Shown here one piece after another: positions 1 to 12,761 of a stretch of DNA of 64,000 bases; the first letter of the stretch is position 1, and each line of letters begins with the position of its first letter. Origin of the DNA: a bacterium (GTDB lineage Bacteria > Patescibacteriota > Microgenomatia > Levybacterales > UBA12049). A program made the position numbers and the translations under genes. The notes under the pieces are model-generated. The model worked only from the letters and a program-made list of their open reading frames with translations. It did not search any database and was not told the origin of the DNA. The DNA is taken from assembly GCA_021824155.1 (NCBI GenBank), contig JAKALN010000002.1:15775-79774 (forward strand). Direction: 5' to 3'.

Positions 1-1
1 T

Positions 2-754
2 AAAAATGTATATTATTGTCTTGAGCCCTTGAGAAACGCCTATGAGTATTCACTAAGATTAAAAAAGAATGTCTCTGTCTTTAATAGATTTTATGAGGAT
101 GTAAACAGATGGATTAGAAAACAGATAGACAGAAAAAACACCCTTAGTGCGGATAAAACAGTAACACTTTCTTTATTTGCCAGGGAAAGAATGATATCTT
201 CTTATGATTTATATCCTAAAGTATCGTATTTAGGAATTGATGAAAAATTGTTTAGGCCGAAATCAATAAAAAAGAAGAAACAGGTTTTTTTCGTTGCCGA
301 AAAATATCCGATTTACGGATACGATTTGGCTAAAGAAGCTATAAATTTAATACCCAAAAATATTAGGCCGGAATTAAAAATTATTTCCTGGACAAAAAAC
401 AATAACGAAAGATTATCGGATGAAGAACTGGTTGATTTATATAACGAATCTTTTGTCACGCTTTCATTAAGCAGATTTGATACATTTGGTTTGGTTCCGT
501 TGGAATCTATGTCATGCGGTGTACCTGTAATTGCATTAAACGTTGCAGGATATAGGGAAACAATACTAGACGGAAAAACAGGTTATCTTGTTGATTTTGA
601 GCCAAAAGAAATTGCCGAGAAAATAATTTTTTTGATGAATAACCCGGAAACTGCAACAAAAATGGGAGAGAACGGCAGAAAGTGGATTGAAGAGAAATGG
701 ACATGGAAAGAAAAGAATAAAGAATTAGAAACTATTTTAAAAATATATAAATAG
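2..754 (+). CDS. Glycosyltransferase family 4 (GT-B fold), C-terminal part. The 5' end lies upstream of the window.
   Basis: The reading frame is open back to base 2. It carries the GT4 C-terminal motif 'FGLVPLESMSCGVPVIA...GYRE...DGKTGYL' (the EX7E region). Confidence 0.8.
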   Translation, partial: KNVYYCLEPLRNAYEYSLRLKKNVSVFNRFYEDVNRWIRKQIDRKNTLSADKTVTLSLFARERMISSYDLYPKVSYLGIDEKLFRPKSIKKKKQVFFVAEKYPIYGYDLAKEAINLIPKNIRPELKIISWTKNNNERLSDEELVDLYNESFVTLSLSRFDTFGLVPLESMSCGVPVIALNVAGYRETILDGKTGYLVDFEPKEIAEKIIFLMNNPETATKMGENGRKWIEEKWTWKEKNKELETILKIYK

Positions 755-769
755 TAAATTTCCAAATAA

Positions 770-1459
770 ATGAATATTTTATTTCAAAGATATAAGCAAG
801 TTAAGGGATTAGTTTTTTTTTCTTATATATATTTAGTCTCTAGATTTAGAATTTTGACAAACAATCCTATATATCACGTAATAGGAGATAGTCATTCAAC
901 CAGTTTTCTAGATCCTGCTTTCGTTATTCATCATATCGGTCCGGCAACTGCATATAAATTAAGTTTTGAAAAGAGTACGACAAGGAGTAGGGAAAAGGTT
1001 TTAGAAATACTTAACAAAATTTATAAACAAAAAAAGTTAAATGTAATCTTTGTGTTTGGGGAATTAGATGTTAGGTTGCAAATAAATAAAATTGCTAATG
1101 AAAAAAATCTTCCGATAAGTAAGGTGATAAATTCAACCGTGAATTCGTACCTCAATTTTTTGAAGCTAGTTAAGGATAAATATCCTTTAATAAATATTTA
1201 CGTATTAAATGTTTTGCCTCAGGGTGAGGAAAAAAATATTTACAATGTTCATCATTATGCGAGTAGAGATATGAGATCCTCTATCGCCCTTGAAACGAAT
1301 AAGGAGTTAAAAGCATATGCAAAAAAAGAGAATTTTAAATTTATCGAAATTTACGATAAACTAATAGACAAAAGTGGGCAAAGAAAAAAGGAATATGTAT
1401 TTGATGAAGTACATTATAATAGAAAAATTACGAGATTCATAATTGATGAACTTAAATAA
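770..1459 (+). CDS. Hypothetical protein, possibly an SGNH/GDSL-type hydrolase
   Basis: It has an 'IGDSHS' block I-like motif, an 'FGELD' motif and a 'DEVHYN' (DxxH) block V-like motif. It sits inside a glycosyltransferase cluster. Confidence 0.4.
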   Translation: MNILFQRYKQVKGLVFFSYIYLVSRFRILTNNPIYHVIGDSHSTSFLDPAFVIHHIGPATAYKLSFEKSTTRSREKVLEILNKIYKQKKLNVIFVFGELDVRLQINKIANEKNLPISKVINSTVNSYLNFLKLVKDKYPLINIYVLNVLPQGEEKNIYNVHHYASRDMRSSIALETNKELKAYAKKENFKFIEIYDKLIDKSGQRKKEYVFDEVHYNRKITRFIIDELK

Positions 1460-1460
1460 T

Positions 1461-3644
1461 ATGGGTGTTTCAATAATTATTGTCCACTACAAAGTAAAAG
1501 AAAAATTATTTGAATGTATTGATTCTATTTACTCTTCCAAACCCAAAAACTCATTTGAAATAATTGTTGTTGATAACGATGAGATTAAAACAATAGAAAA
1601 AGATTTAAAGAAAAAATTTCCAAAAGTAAGGTATATAAAAAGCAATGAGAATGTGGGATACGGTGCGGGAAATAATCTGGGGGCAAAGAATGCAAGCGGG
1701 AAATATTTGTTTTTTCTTAACCCCGATATCCGAATAGCTGGTAATTCAATAGATGTATTATATAAATTCTTGGAAAAAAATAAAAAAGCCGGGATTGTTT
1801 CGCCATTAATACTTGGCTCTGACAAAAAACCGCTTGACCGCCAGGGGTATAAAGAACTCAATCTTTTAAATGGTATTTTTACTTTTTCCTTTTTAAGAAG
1901 AAAATTTCCTCAGTTTAGCGTCGCAAGCTATTACTCCTTTTCCGATTGGGTAAAGGAGCCAATTAAGAAGGTTGATACCGTTTACGGAGCGGCATTAATG
2001 ATTTCTTCGAAACTTTTTAAAGAAGTTGGGGGATTTGACGAAAGATTTTTCCTGTATTTTGAAGAAAACGATTTGTCAAAAAGAGTAAGGGACTTAGGTT
2101 ATGAATTATATATAAATTCAAACTCAAAAATAATACATCATGTCGGCCAAAGTACAAAACAAACAAAGGAAAGAGACAAAATTTTTGCTAAAAGCAGATT
2201 TTTATATTTTAAAAAACATTTTGGAATAATCCAGGCATTACTTTTGGAATCTTTATTAAAAATTAATAAGGTTACACTTTTTTTAACATTGGTTTTAGCT
2301 TTGGCACTTGGTTTGAGGTTATATAACCTTTCCAACGGAATGGTATTTATAGGGGACCAGGGATGGTTCTATCTTTCCGCAAGAAACCTACTTATTTACG
2401 GAAACATTCCCCTCGTAGGTATAACATCAAGCCATACATGGCTTCATCAGGGTCCTTTATGGACATATATGCTGTCAATTGCGTTATTCTTATTTAATTT
2501 TAATCCTCTTTCGGGCGCGTATCTGACAATTCTATTTGGGTTGGGGACAATATATTTAATGTATAAAGTGGGGTCAATTTTATTATCTCAAAGAGCGGGT
2601 TTAATTGCAGCTTTGTTATATGCCTTTTCTCCTCTTCCCGCCTTCTATGATAGAATGCCTTTTGATCCTACACCGATTCCTTTTTTTACAATTTTATATT
2701 TTTATGTTTTAGCAAAGTGGGTGAGGGGAAATATAAACCACTTTCCTTTTATTTTACTGTTAATTGCTGTTCTTTATAATTTGGAGCTTTCCACGTTCAT
2801 ATTATTTTTTCCTTTCATGTTAATTATTATTTACGGATTGTTTACAAAAAAATACTGGGCAATTGGAATATTTAATAAAAAAACATTTATTTATTCATTA
2901 CTGGGAGCTTTATTTCCAATGCTTCCTGTAATAATTTATGATTTTTCCCATGGTTTTCCCCAAACCATTATTTTTTTAGGTTGGACAGTATATAAACCTT
3001 TTAGTTTTCTTGTAAAACATTCCTCCGGAAACTTGACCTCTAATTTTTACCCGGTTTTGAATTTTCTGGCCGTTAATATCCAAAATCTGGTTCTTGAAAA
3101 CGGATATTTTATAGGTCCGCTTCTTTTTGTACTTAGTATGGCCCTTCTGTTTTATATTACGGTTATAAAAAATAAGTTTAGGATTGAAAATCCAAATTCC
3201 ACCCTTTTGTTTTTATTGCTGTTTTCCCTTTTTGGGATCTTGGTTAACCAGACCCCTTCAGGAGCATATCTTTTTATACTATTTCCATTGGTAGTATTTT
3301 GCATTGCATTGTTTTTTGATTTTTTAATAGATATAAAACGAATGAAATATTTTGTAATTTTATTGCTAATTATTATTTCTATGTCGAATATAGTCTCTAT
3401 TTATAAAAATGATCATATTCCGGAATTTAAGAACAGGCTTAAAGCTGCCAGCGAAATAATTTCCCTAAGCGGGAATAAAGAGTACAATTTAATTGGAAAG
3501 GGAGAGGGAAGCCAGTTTAGAAGCTTTACAATGAATTATGAATATCTACTTTGGTGGAAAGGATATCCTGTTTCGGCAAATCCCGTAAAAACAAAAATTA
3601 TTGTCTGGGAGACAGGGAAAGGAATAACAGTATATAAATTATGA
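1461..3644 (+). CDS. GT2 glycosyltransferase domain fused to a large polytopic membrane domain of roughly 470 aa
   Basis: The N-terminus is 'VSIIIVHYKV...VVDNDE...YGAGNN' (GT2/GT-A). The C-terminal roughly 470 aa has many predicted TM helices. The start may be 1443 or 1461. Confidence 0.75.
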   Translation: MGVSIIIVHYKVKEKLFECIDSIYSSKPKNSFEIIVVDNDEIKTIEKDLKKKFPKVRYIKSNENVGYGAGNNLGAKNASGKYLFFLNPDIRIAGNSIDVLYKFLEKNKKAGIVSPLILGSDKKPLDRQGYKELNLLNGIFTFSFLRRKFPQFSVASYYSFSDWVKEPIKKVDTVYGAALMISSKLFKEVGGFDERFFLYFEENDLSKRVRDLGYELYINSNSKIIHHVGQSTKQTKERDKIFAKSRFLYFKKHFGIIQALLLESLLKINKVTLFLTLVLALALGLRLYNLSNGMVFIGDQGWFYLSARNLLIYGNIPLVGITSSHTWLHQGPLWTYMLSIALFLFNFNPLSGAYLTILFGLGTIYLMYKVGSILLSQRAGLIAALLYAFSPLPAFYDRMPFDPTPIPFFTILYFYVLAKWVRGNINHFPFILLLIAVLYNLELSTFILFFPFMLIIIYGLFTKKYWAIGIFNKKTFIYSLLGALFPMLPVIIYDFSHGFPQTIIFLGWTVYKPFSFLVKHSSGNLTSNFYPVLNFLAVNIQNLVLENGYFIGPLLFVLSMALLFYITVIKNKFRIENPNSTLLFLLLFSLFGILVNQTPSGAYLFILFPLVVFCIALFFDFLIDIKRMKYFVILLLIIISMSNIVSIYKNDHIPEFKNRLKAASEIISLSGNKEYNLIGKGEGSQFRSFTMNYEYLLWWKGYPVSANPVKTKIIVWETGKGITVYKL

Positions 3645-4393
3645 TTAGCGCGATTGTTCTTACAAAAAACGAAGAAAATAACATTATTGACTGTTTAGAT
3701 AGTATTTCCTGGTGTGATGAAATAATAGTTATAGACGATATCTCAAAAGACAGGACTCTTGAAGTTATAAGAAATTTTAATCCAAGGGTTAAAATATATC
3801 AAAGAAACTTACAGAATGATTTTTCCGCGCAAAGGAATTTCGGTTTGTCTAAGGCAAAAGGGGATTGGATTTTGTTTATAGATGCAGACGAAAGATTAAG
3901 TAACGGTTTAAAAGGAGAAATACAGGATTTTCTTGAGATAAAAAATAAAAATAATAAGGGGTTTTATTTGTATCGTAAAGACGTACTTTGGGGAAAACAA
4001 TTAAATCATGGCGAAGCGGGGAGTATAAAACTTTTAAGGTTTGGAAAAAAGGATACGGGAGAATGGAAAGGAAAAGTTCATGAAGTTTGGGATATAAAAG
4101 AAAACCTGGGAAATTTTAAGATGCCTCTTTACCATTTTCCGCATCAAAATATCGAGGAATTTATAAGAGAGATAAATTATTATACCGACTTACGGTCTAA
4201 GGAACTATTTGATAGGGGAGAGAGTGTCTCTTTTATAAAGATAGTTTTATATCCTCTTATAAAGTTTAAAGTAAACTATTTTTTAAGACTCGGGTTTCTG
4301 GATGGGGTCGAAGGCCTTGTTTTTGCCCTGATGATGAGTTTTCATTCTTTTTTGGTAAGAAGTAAGCTTTGGCTTTTATGGCAAAAAAAATAA
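3641..4393 (+). CDS. GT2 glycosyltransferase (WaaE/KdtX-like)
   Basis: It contains 'ISAIVLTKNEENNI...IIVIDDISKDRT...FIDADE'. Its start overlaps the upstream stop by 4 nt. Confidence 0.8.
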   Translation: MISAIVLTKNEENNIIDCLDSISWCDEIIVIDDISKDRTLEVIRNFNPRVKIYQRNLQNDFSAQRNFGLSKAKGDWILFIDADERLSNGLKGEIQDFLEIKNKNNKGFYLYRKDVLWGKQLNHGEAGSIKLLRFGKKDTGEWKGKVHEVWDIKENLGNFKMPLYHFPHQNIEEFIREINYYTDLRSKELFDRGESVSFIKIVLYPLIKFKVNYFLRLGFLDGVEGLVFALMMSFHSFLVRSKLWLLWQKK

Positions 4394-4454
4394 GTTATCT
4401 TATCTTCATTTTCTGGGCCCTTGCTGTTTTGTATGCTTATTTATCTTATATTCT

Positions 4455-6077
4455 TTGCCGGGGAGGTATATGTTTTCATTTGCCGTTATAATAGGAGTTT
4501 ATTCTTATATTATTTTTTTTCTTGGAGTAGCGGGTCTGCTTTTTAAAAATTACGTTTTTATAACTTCTTTGGTTTACATAGGAATATCTTTTTTCTTATT
4601 AAGAAATAAGATTTCAATTTGTTTTGGCAGGGTAAAAAATTTTTTTAGCGTTAAAGATAAGCTGTCTTTGAGTTTAACTTCTCTGATAATAGTTCAGGTA
4701 TTGGTTAACTTTATAGGTGTTTTAGGACCTGAAATTTCTTTTGACGCTCTTTGGTATCACCTTACATTGCCGAAAATCTATATTCTAAACCACGGTATTT
4801 TTCATATTCCGGGAAATCTTTTATATTATTCCGACATGCCAAAGCTGACAGAGATGCTTTATATTCCTTCATTGATGTTTTCAAATGAAATTACGGCAAA
4901 ATTAATACATTTTTCTTTTGGAATACTCGTTTTGGTTGTGCTATACCGGCTTTCGAGAAGATACTTCTCCAAAAGTTTATCCTTATTGGTTTTAATAATC
5001 TTTTATTCGAATTTAGTAGTTGAATGGGAATCCGTAACTGCTTATGTTGATTTGGCAAGAACATTTTTTGAGATCTCTGCACTTTTGGCTTTTATAATTT
5101 GGGTAGAAGAAAAGAAAACCAAATTGTTGATATATTCTGCGGTTATATTGGGATTTGCAATAGCCTCAAAAGTAATAGCTTTGGAATCTCTGTTAATATT
5201 TTTAACCCTGTTTCTTGCTCAATTATTTATATACAGAGAGCCAATACTCAAGCAAATAAAAAATATGGTTATTTTTATTTTCTTTTCTATTCTTGTTCCT
5301 TTGCCTTGGTTTATTTTCTCTTTTTTAAATACAAAAAATCCTTTGTACCCCTTTTTCGATAGCAGAATAAATATTGGAACGAATTTTGTTTTTCCTAATA
5401 TCCTTAATTTTCCAAAAGATTTTTTAAGTCTTTTGATTTTTTCCAGTGACCCTATTTCGCCTTTGTATTTAATAATGTTTCCCCTTTTGATAATTTTATT
5501 CACGAAAGTTAAAAATAATATAAAACTTGTATATGTTTATTCTTTACTGGCTCTTATATTATGGTATTTAACTCCAAGAATCGGCGGGGGGAGATTTGTT
5601 CTTCCTTATCTTCCTGCTTTTTCGCTTGTAACTGTTTATTGTATAAATCTTATCAGCAGCAAAAAACTGAAATTTTTCCTAATTTCCATAGCCTTAATAA
5701 TTTCTTTATCCTCTATAGGTTACCGTTTTATAGCCAACGAAAGATATATTCCGGTTATTTTAGGCCGGCAAACAAAAACAGAATATCTGACTAAGCATTT
5801 GAATTTTTCTTTTGGGGACTTTTATGACACAGACAATTATTTTAAATCCCATATTAAGAATACGGACAGAGTTTTATTGTACGGATTTCATAACCTTTAT
5901 TATGTTGATTTTCCCTTTACTGATTCTTCCTATGTTAAAAAAGGAGAAACTTTTAATTATATTGCTCTGCAGAATACTTCTTTGCCCGGGAGGTTTAACT
6001 CTTGGAATTTGGTTTATTACAATCCCATTACTCATGTTAAACTATATTCAATGGGGGGAGAAAAATGGGTTTATTAA
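4455..6077 (+). CDS. Polytopic membrane protein, GT-C-type glycosyltransferase (ArnT/PMT-like)
   Basis: It is 540 aa with more than 10 hydrophobic helices and resembles the PMT_2/ArnT-like N-terminal region. Confidence 0.5.
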   Translation: MPGRYMFSFAVIIGVYSYIIFFLGVAGLLFKNYVFITSLVYIGISFFLLRNKISICFGRVKNFFSVKDKLSLSLTSLIIVQVLVNFIGVLGPEISFDALWYHLTLPKIYILNHGIFHIPGNLLYYSDMPKLTEMLYIPSLMFSNEITAKLIHFSFGILVLVVLYRLSRRYFSKSLSLLVLIIFYSNLVVEWESVTAYVDLARTFFEISALLAFIIWVEEKKTKLLIYSAVILGFAIASKVIALESLLIFLTLFLAQLFIYREPILKQIKNMVIFIFFSILVPLPWFIFSFLNTKNPLYPFFDSRINIGTNFVFPNILNFPKDFLSLLIFSSDPISPLYLIMFPLLIILFTKVKNNIKLVYVYSLLALILWYLTPRIGGGRFVLPYLPAFSLVTVYCINLISSKKLKFFLISIALIISLSSIGYRFIANERYIPVILGRQTKTEYLTKHLNFSFGDFYDTDNYFKSHIKNTDRVLLYGFHNLYYVDFPFTDSSYVKKGETFNYIALQNTSLPGRFNSWNLVYYNPITHVKLYSMGGEKWVY

Positions 6078-7264
6078 AAATAATTTTTATCATATTCATT
6101 CTTAGCTTTCCTCTTGCGGAATTAGGAAGATTCCAATTTCCAAACGGAATAGCATTTTCGGTTAACGAAGTTATTTTGGCAGTTTTAATTGTTTTTTGGG
6201 GCATTTATAAAATAACAAAAAATAAAAAAGTTAAAAAAAGCATTATTTTAAAACCATCTTCTATCTTCGTTTGCATAGCCTTCTTTTCTTTAATTTTAAA
6301 TTTTTTTAACTTGAGCTTAGATAAATTTTTAATATCTTTTTTATATCTATTAAGGTGGGTTTCATATTTGTTACTATTTTTTATTGTTAGAGATTTTGAC
6401 ATTAATTATAAAAAGAAAATTCCTTATTTTATGCTGTTTTCAGGGGGTATGGTAGTTTTAGGAGGGTATGTACAGTATTTTCTTTATCCGAGTCTTAGGA
6501 ATTTATACTATCTGGGGTGGGATGAACATCTTTATAGGATGTTTTCAAGCTTTTTAGACCCGAATTTTCTCGGTTCATTTCTTGTACTGCTTTTAATGCT
6601 TATTTTGGGATTACTTTATAAGCAATTTAAAGTTAAAAATGTTTACTTGGGAGTAATTTTATCGGCTTTTGGCTTTGTGACTTTGATTGCCGTATATCTT
6701 ACTTATTCCAGAGGCGCTCTGATAATGCTGATTGTCAGTCTGGCTTCATTTCTTTTTCTGATAGGGAAGAGGAAGATTATTATGGTTTCTATTTTGGCTC
6801 TTATCCTTATTATATTTTTTATTCCCAAATCATTTAAAACAGAAGGAACAAATTTTCTAAGAACGGCTTCAAGTGAGGCAAGGATAAGTTCGGTACAGAT
6901 TGCCTTTAAAATATTTCAGACAAGCCCTGTTTACGGAATAGGGTTTAATGCCTACAGATACGCACAAAATAAATACGGTTTGGATAATAATGGCTGGATG
7001 GTAACGCATTCGGGAGCGGGAACAGACAACAGTTTTATTTTTGTATTGGCCACGACTGGGATTATCGGTTTCGCTTCTTTTATTTATTTAGTTATAAGTG
7101 TATTTATGCTTGCTAAAAAAAATCTGAAAAATAATTTCCTTTCTCTTGTACTTTTTTCTTCTTTTGCAGGTTTGGCGGTAAACAGCCTTTTTATAAATAG
7201 CTTGTTCTATGTATTTATTCTTGAGTGGATATGGATTGTCGGAGGACTTATTGAGAGTAATTAA
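6065..7264 (+). CDS. O-antigen ligase/polymerase (Wzy_C) family membrane protein
   Basis: It is polytopic. It has 'YSRGALIMLIVSLASF' and a 'THSGAGTDNSFIFVLATTGIIG' block resembling the Wzy_C signature. Confidence 0.6.
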   Translation: MGLLKIIFIIFILSFPLAELGRFQFPNGIAFSVNEVILAVLIVFWGIYKITKNKKVKKSIILKPSSIFVCIAFFSLILNFFNLSLDKFLISFLYLLRWVSYLLLFFIVRDFDINYKKKIPYFMLFSGGMVVLGGYVQYFLYPSLRNLYYLGWDEHLYRMFSSFLDPNFLGSFLVLLLMLILGLLYKQFKVKNVYLGVILSAFGFVTLIAVYLTYSRGALIMLIVSLASFLFLIGKRKIIMVSILALILIIFFIPKSFKTEGTNFLRTASSEARISSVQIAFKIFQTSPVYGIGFNAYRYAQNKYGLDNNGWMVTHSGAGTDNSFIFVLATTGIIGFASFIYLVISVFMLAKKNLKNNFLSLVLFSSFAGLAVNSLFINSLFYVFILEWIWIVGGLIESN

Positions 7265-7958
7265 CCTTTAAATCTTTCTCCGTCTTATTTCCCGCTTGGT
7301 CTGTTGCGATTACTTTGATTTGATTATCCCCGTTTTGTAAAGGAAGGTTATAGGAGAAATTATTGTTTTCGTCCATTACCGCCCAGAATCCGTTAACGGT
7401 TACATTTACTCCCGGGTCGGTTGTGCCTGTTACGTTTACTGAATTTTGGTCCTTAGAGAAAGATTGTCCGTCGGTCGGAGTATTTATGTTTAAAGAAGGG
7501 GCCTTATTAATAAGACTTACAGTAAAAGTGTTTGAAAAATCACTATTTTTGTTATTATCTTCGGTTTTTGCAGCTATTTGATTGTTTCCGCTTGAAAGTG
7601 ATTCAGTAAAAAAGAAATTACCGTCTTTGTCACTTTGGACGGTATCTTTTAAGTCACTGTTTATGTATAAATTTACGGTTTTATTAGCCTCTGCTTTACC
7701 CGATATAATTATTTGAGCGCTGTTGGTTGCCTGAGGCAGGGGGTTAAGTACCGGTGCGGGAATAAACGTAACATTAGAATTGACATTTAAAGAAGCTGGT
7801 TGATTTTTTGTTCCGGCAAGAAATACGCTGAATCCCACTAAAAGATTAATGCCAAATTTGATGAGCAAGAACAATATTATTATTATTCCAAGGGAGGTAA
7901 GTATAATAGTTTTTTTTGTTTTTCTTTCTGTTTTTAAAGCTAACCGTGATCTTCTCAT
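7248..7958 (-). CDS. Membrane-anchored surface protein with beta-sandwich/Ig-like repeats
   Basis: It has a basic N-terminus followed by one TM helix. The rest is rich in Asn, Thr and Ser, and 'DGNFFF'-type motifs suggest a beta-rich ectodomain. Confidence 0.45.
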   Translation of the reverse strand: MRRSRLALKTERKTKKTIILTSLGIIIILFLLIKFGINLLVGFSVFLAGTKNQPASLNVNSNVTFIPAPVLNPLPQATNSAQIIISGKAEANKTVNLYINSDLKDTVQSDKDGNFFFTESLSSGNNQIAAKTEDNNKNSDFSNTFTVSLINKAPSLNINTPTDGQSFSKDQNSVNVTGTTDPGVNVTVNGFWAVMDENNNFSYNLPLQNGDNQIKVIATDQAGNKTEKDLKVNYSQ

Positions 7959-8105
7959 AAATTCTACTTTTTATTATACCTCTTTCCCAAAAATTTTCTT
8001 CCCGCTTCTATAGCACTTACATATATACTAGTGCTAACAGTCTTACCTGAGCCAACGGCAGGAATCGGACCTTCGACCTAATGTTTACCTGTCCGTCATT
8101 TTTTG

Positions 8106-8177
8106 AGCCGGAGGTGGGACTTGAACCCACGACTTGCTCTTTACGAAAGAGCTACTCTACCACTGAGTTACTCCGGC
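8106..8177 (-). tRNA. tRNA-Thr (anticodon CGT)
   Basis: The reverse complement folds as a cloverleaf. The acceptor is GCCGGAG/CTCCGGC, the D-stem ACTC/GAGT, the anticodon stem GCTCT/AGAGC with loop TTCGTAA, and the T-arm GTGGG-TTCAAGT-CCCAC. The discriminator is U and no CCA is encoded. Confidence 0.9.
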
Positions 8178-8219
8178 GACATCCTACATATTTTATGAAA
8201 TTTCAGTACGGAAGGCAAA

Positions 8220-8633
8220 TTAAGAGGTCCTTATTTTATTTTTTCGGGCAACTTTTAATTCAAGAATAGCTCTTCTGAGTTCCGATTCTGCAATTTTGAA
8301 ATCTTTATCCTTTTCATGTTCTTCCATTCGCTTTTTTGCTCTTTCCTGGGCTTCCTGGGCTTTTCCTATTTCGATATCTTCCGCACGGACGGCGTAGTCT
8401 GCAAGAATGCTTATTTTATTTTCCGATACCTCTAAAAAACCGCCTGTAACCGCAAAATGGTCGTTTTTCCCGTTATTTTTAATAGTCATTTCTCCGGGTA
8501 TAATTTTAGTCAGAAGATTTTCATGATTGGGGAGTATAGATATTTCGCCCGTTGTTGTTGAAATTGTTATTTCATCTACTTCCTCGTCTAGAATTACTTT
8601 TTCGGGAGTAATGACTTCCAAATGAAGTTTCAT
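8220..8633 (-). CDS. atpC: F0F1 ATP synthase epsilon subunit
   Basis: 'MKLHLEVITPEKVILDEEVDEITISTTTGEISILPNHENLLT' matches epsilon. The start is taken at the internal ATG at 8631-8633. Confidence 0.85.
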   Translation of the reverse strand: MKLHLEVITPEKVILDEEVDEITISTTTGEISILPNHENLLTKIIPGEMTIKNNGKNDHFAVTGGFLEVSENKISILADYAVRAEDIEIGKAQEAQERAKKRMEEHEKDKDFKIAESELRRAILELKVARKNKIRTS

Positions 8634-8634
8634 A

Positions 8635-10872
<2,238 letters not shown>

Positions 10873-10873
<1 letters not shown>

Positions 10874-12402
10874 TAGACTGAAAATCCTTTCTTAAATTCC
10901 TGAGTTGCCTTTTGTAATTGTTTTAAAGTCTCCTCATCGGGTTTTGAGCCTTTTGATAAAGCTGTGATAATTTTTGGGTAAGTCGCCTTTATAAAGTTAT
11001 GGTATTCTTTTTCGAATCTTGAGACTTCGGTTGCAGGGACGTCATCGGCATATCCGTTTGTAACAACCCATATACTTAAATACTCTAAAGCCTCAGTAAG
11101 AGCCCCGTACTGGGGTTGTTTAAGCATTTCCGTTGTTCTTCTTCCTCTGTCAAGCTGTGCTGCAGTGGCCGGATCCAATTCGCTTCCGAATTGTGCAAAA
11201 GAAGCCATTTCCCTGTACTGGGCAAGTTCAAGCTTCATTTTTCCGGAAACAGATTTCATTTCCGGTGTTTGCGCCGCTCCTCCGACCCTTGAAACAGAAG
11301 TGCCTATATTTATGGCCGGTCTTATGCCGCTGTAAAAAAGGTCTCCTTCAAGGTAAATTTGTCCGTCGGTAATTGAAATTACGTTTGTGGGGATATAGGC
11401 AGATACGTCATTTCCCTGTGTTTCGATAATGGGTAAAGCCGTTATCGAGCCTCCTCCTTCTTCTCTGTTGAGCCTTACCGCTCTTTCCAAGAGCCTGCTG
11501 TGCAGATAGAAAATATCTCCGGGGTAAGCTTCTCTTCCGGCCGGCCTTTTTAAGACAAGAGATATCTGTCTGTAGGCCCATGCGTGTTTTGTTAAATCGT
11601 CATAGACTACCAATGCATCTTCACCTTTTTGCATAAAGTATTCTGCTATGGCAACTCCTGCATAAGGAGCCAAATATTGCAGGGAAGCCGGGTCGGCAGC
11701 TGAAGCTACAACAACTATGGTATAGTCTATTGCCTCGGTTTCTTTTAATTTGTCAATTATCTGTGCAATCCTGCTTTGTTTTTGTCCGATTGCAACATAA
11801 ACGCAGGTGACCGGTTTAAGCCCTCCGTTTTTTTGGTTATTTTTCTGGTTAATTATTGTATCTACGGCAATTGCGGTTTTCCCCAAGCCCCTGTCTCCGA
11901 TAATAAGTTCCCTTTGTCCTCTTCCTATGGGAAACATTGCGTCAATTGCTTTTATTCCGGTTTTAAGCGGGGTATTGACCGGTTCTCTTTCTACGACTCC
12001 CGCTGCTATTTTCTCAAGGGACATTTCTTTTCCTTGTTTCCTAGGCTTTGCTTTTCCGTCAAGAGGTTCTCCCAAAGGGTCGATAACTCTTCCTATTAAA
12101 TCCTCGGAGACGCTAATCGAAAGCATTCTTCCCGTCGTCTTTACCCTGTCGCCTTCTTTTATGTCATCTCCTTCGCCTAAAAGGATTATTGAAATATTGT
12201 CTTCATCCAGGTTTAGAACCATTCCTATTGTTCCGTTTTCAAAAGATACCAGTTCTCCCATCATTGCTTTTGATAATCCCGAGGCTACAATAACTCCGTC
12301 CGTATTTGTTTGCACTTCTCCCACATTCTGAAGCTTAGTATCAAGGCTAAAAGAGGATAACCCTTTTTCTAACTGCTTAATAATTTCGTCGCTGTTTACC
12401 AT
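10873..12402 (-). CDS. atpA: F0F1 ATP synthase alpha subunit
   Basis: It has 'GDRGLGKTAIA' (Walker A) and the typical alpha C-terminal region. Confidence 0.95.
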
Positions 12403-12405
12403 AAT

Positions 12406-12756
12406 TTATGCATTTATATGTGATTTTAGATTTTCAAGAGTGTCTTTAAGACTTAATTCGTATACCAAATCGTTATTTTCCACTCTTAGTCCTGCTAAAA
12501 GGGACTGGTCTTGTTTGAAAACTATTTTTTTCCCCGCAAAAACACCAGAAAGCTGTTTTTCTATGTCTTTCTCTTTATATAGATGGGGAACTACTACCGT
12601 TATCTGTTTCCCTTTTTCAAGTTCTTTGAGAATTTTAATATATTCCCTAAGCTCTTGTCTAGATAGAAATTTTACGATTTTTTTTACTTTTTTCTCGTCT
12701 AATTGGTTTTTTGTATAACTTGCCGCTGCCAATTTTTTTATTTGTTTTTTTATCAT
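12406..12756 (-). CDS. atpH: F0F1 ATP synthase delta (OSCP) subunit, unusually short at 116 aa
   Basis: It sits between atpF and atpA. The C-terminus 'LAGLRVENNDLVYELSLKDTLENL' resembles the OSCP C-terminal motif. Confidence 0.6.
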   Translation of the reverse strand: MIKKQIKKLAAASYTKNQLDEKKVKKIVKFLSRQELREYIKILKELEKGKQITVVVPHLYKEKDIEKQLSGVFAGKKIVFKQDQSLLAGLRVENNDLVYELSLKDTLENLKSHINA

Positions 12757-12761
12757 AATAT

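Noticed and set aside
7959-8105. A second tRNA or tRNA-like gene between the surface-protein gene and tRNA-Thr, suggested by a GGTCCGATTCC T-loop-like string
   Set aside because: I could not build an acceptor stem or a D-arm. Only a TAGCACT-N11-AGTGCTA hairpin is clear, so it is probably promoter or terminator structure.
8081-8269. Small ORFs overlapping tRNA genes (8081..8269, 28524..28715, 61904..62254, and the first 27 codons of 61962..63098)
   Set aside because: They are covered by confidently folded tRNAs. The HlyD-like gene was re-started at GTG 62043, downstream of tRNA-Arg.
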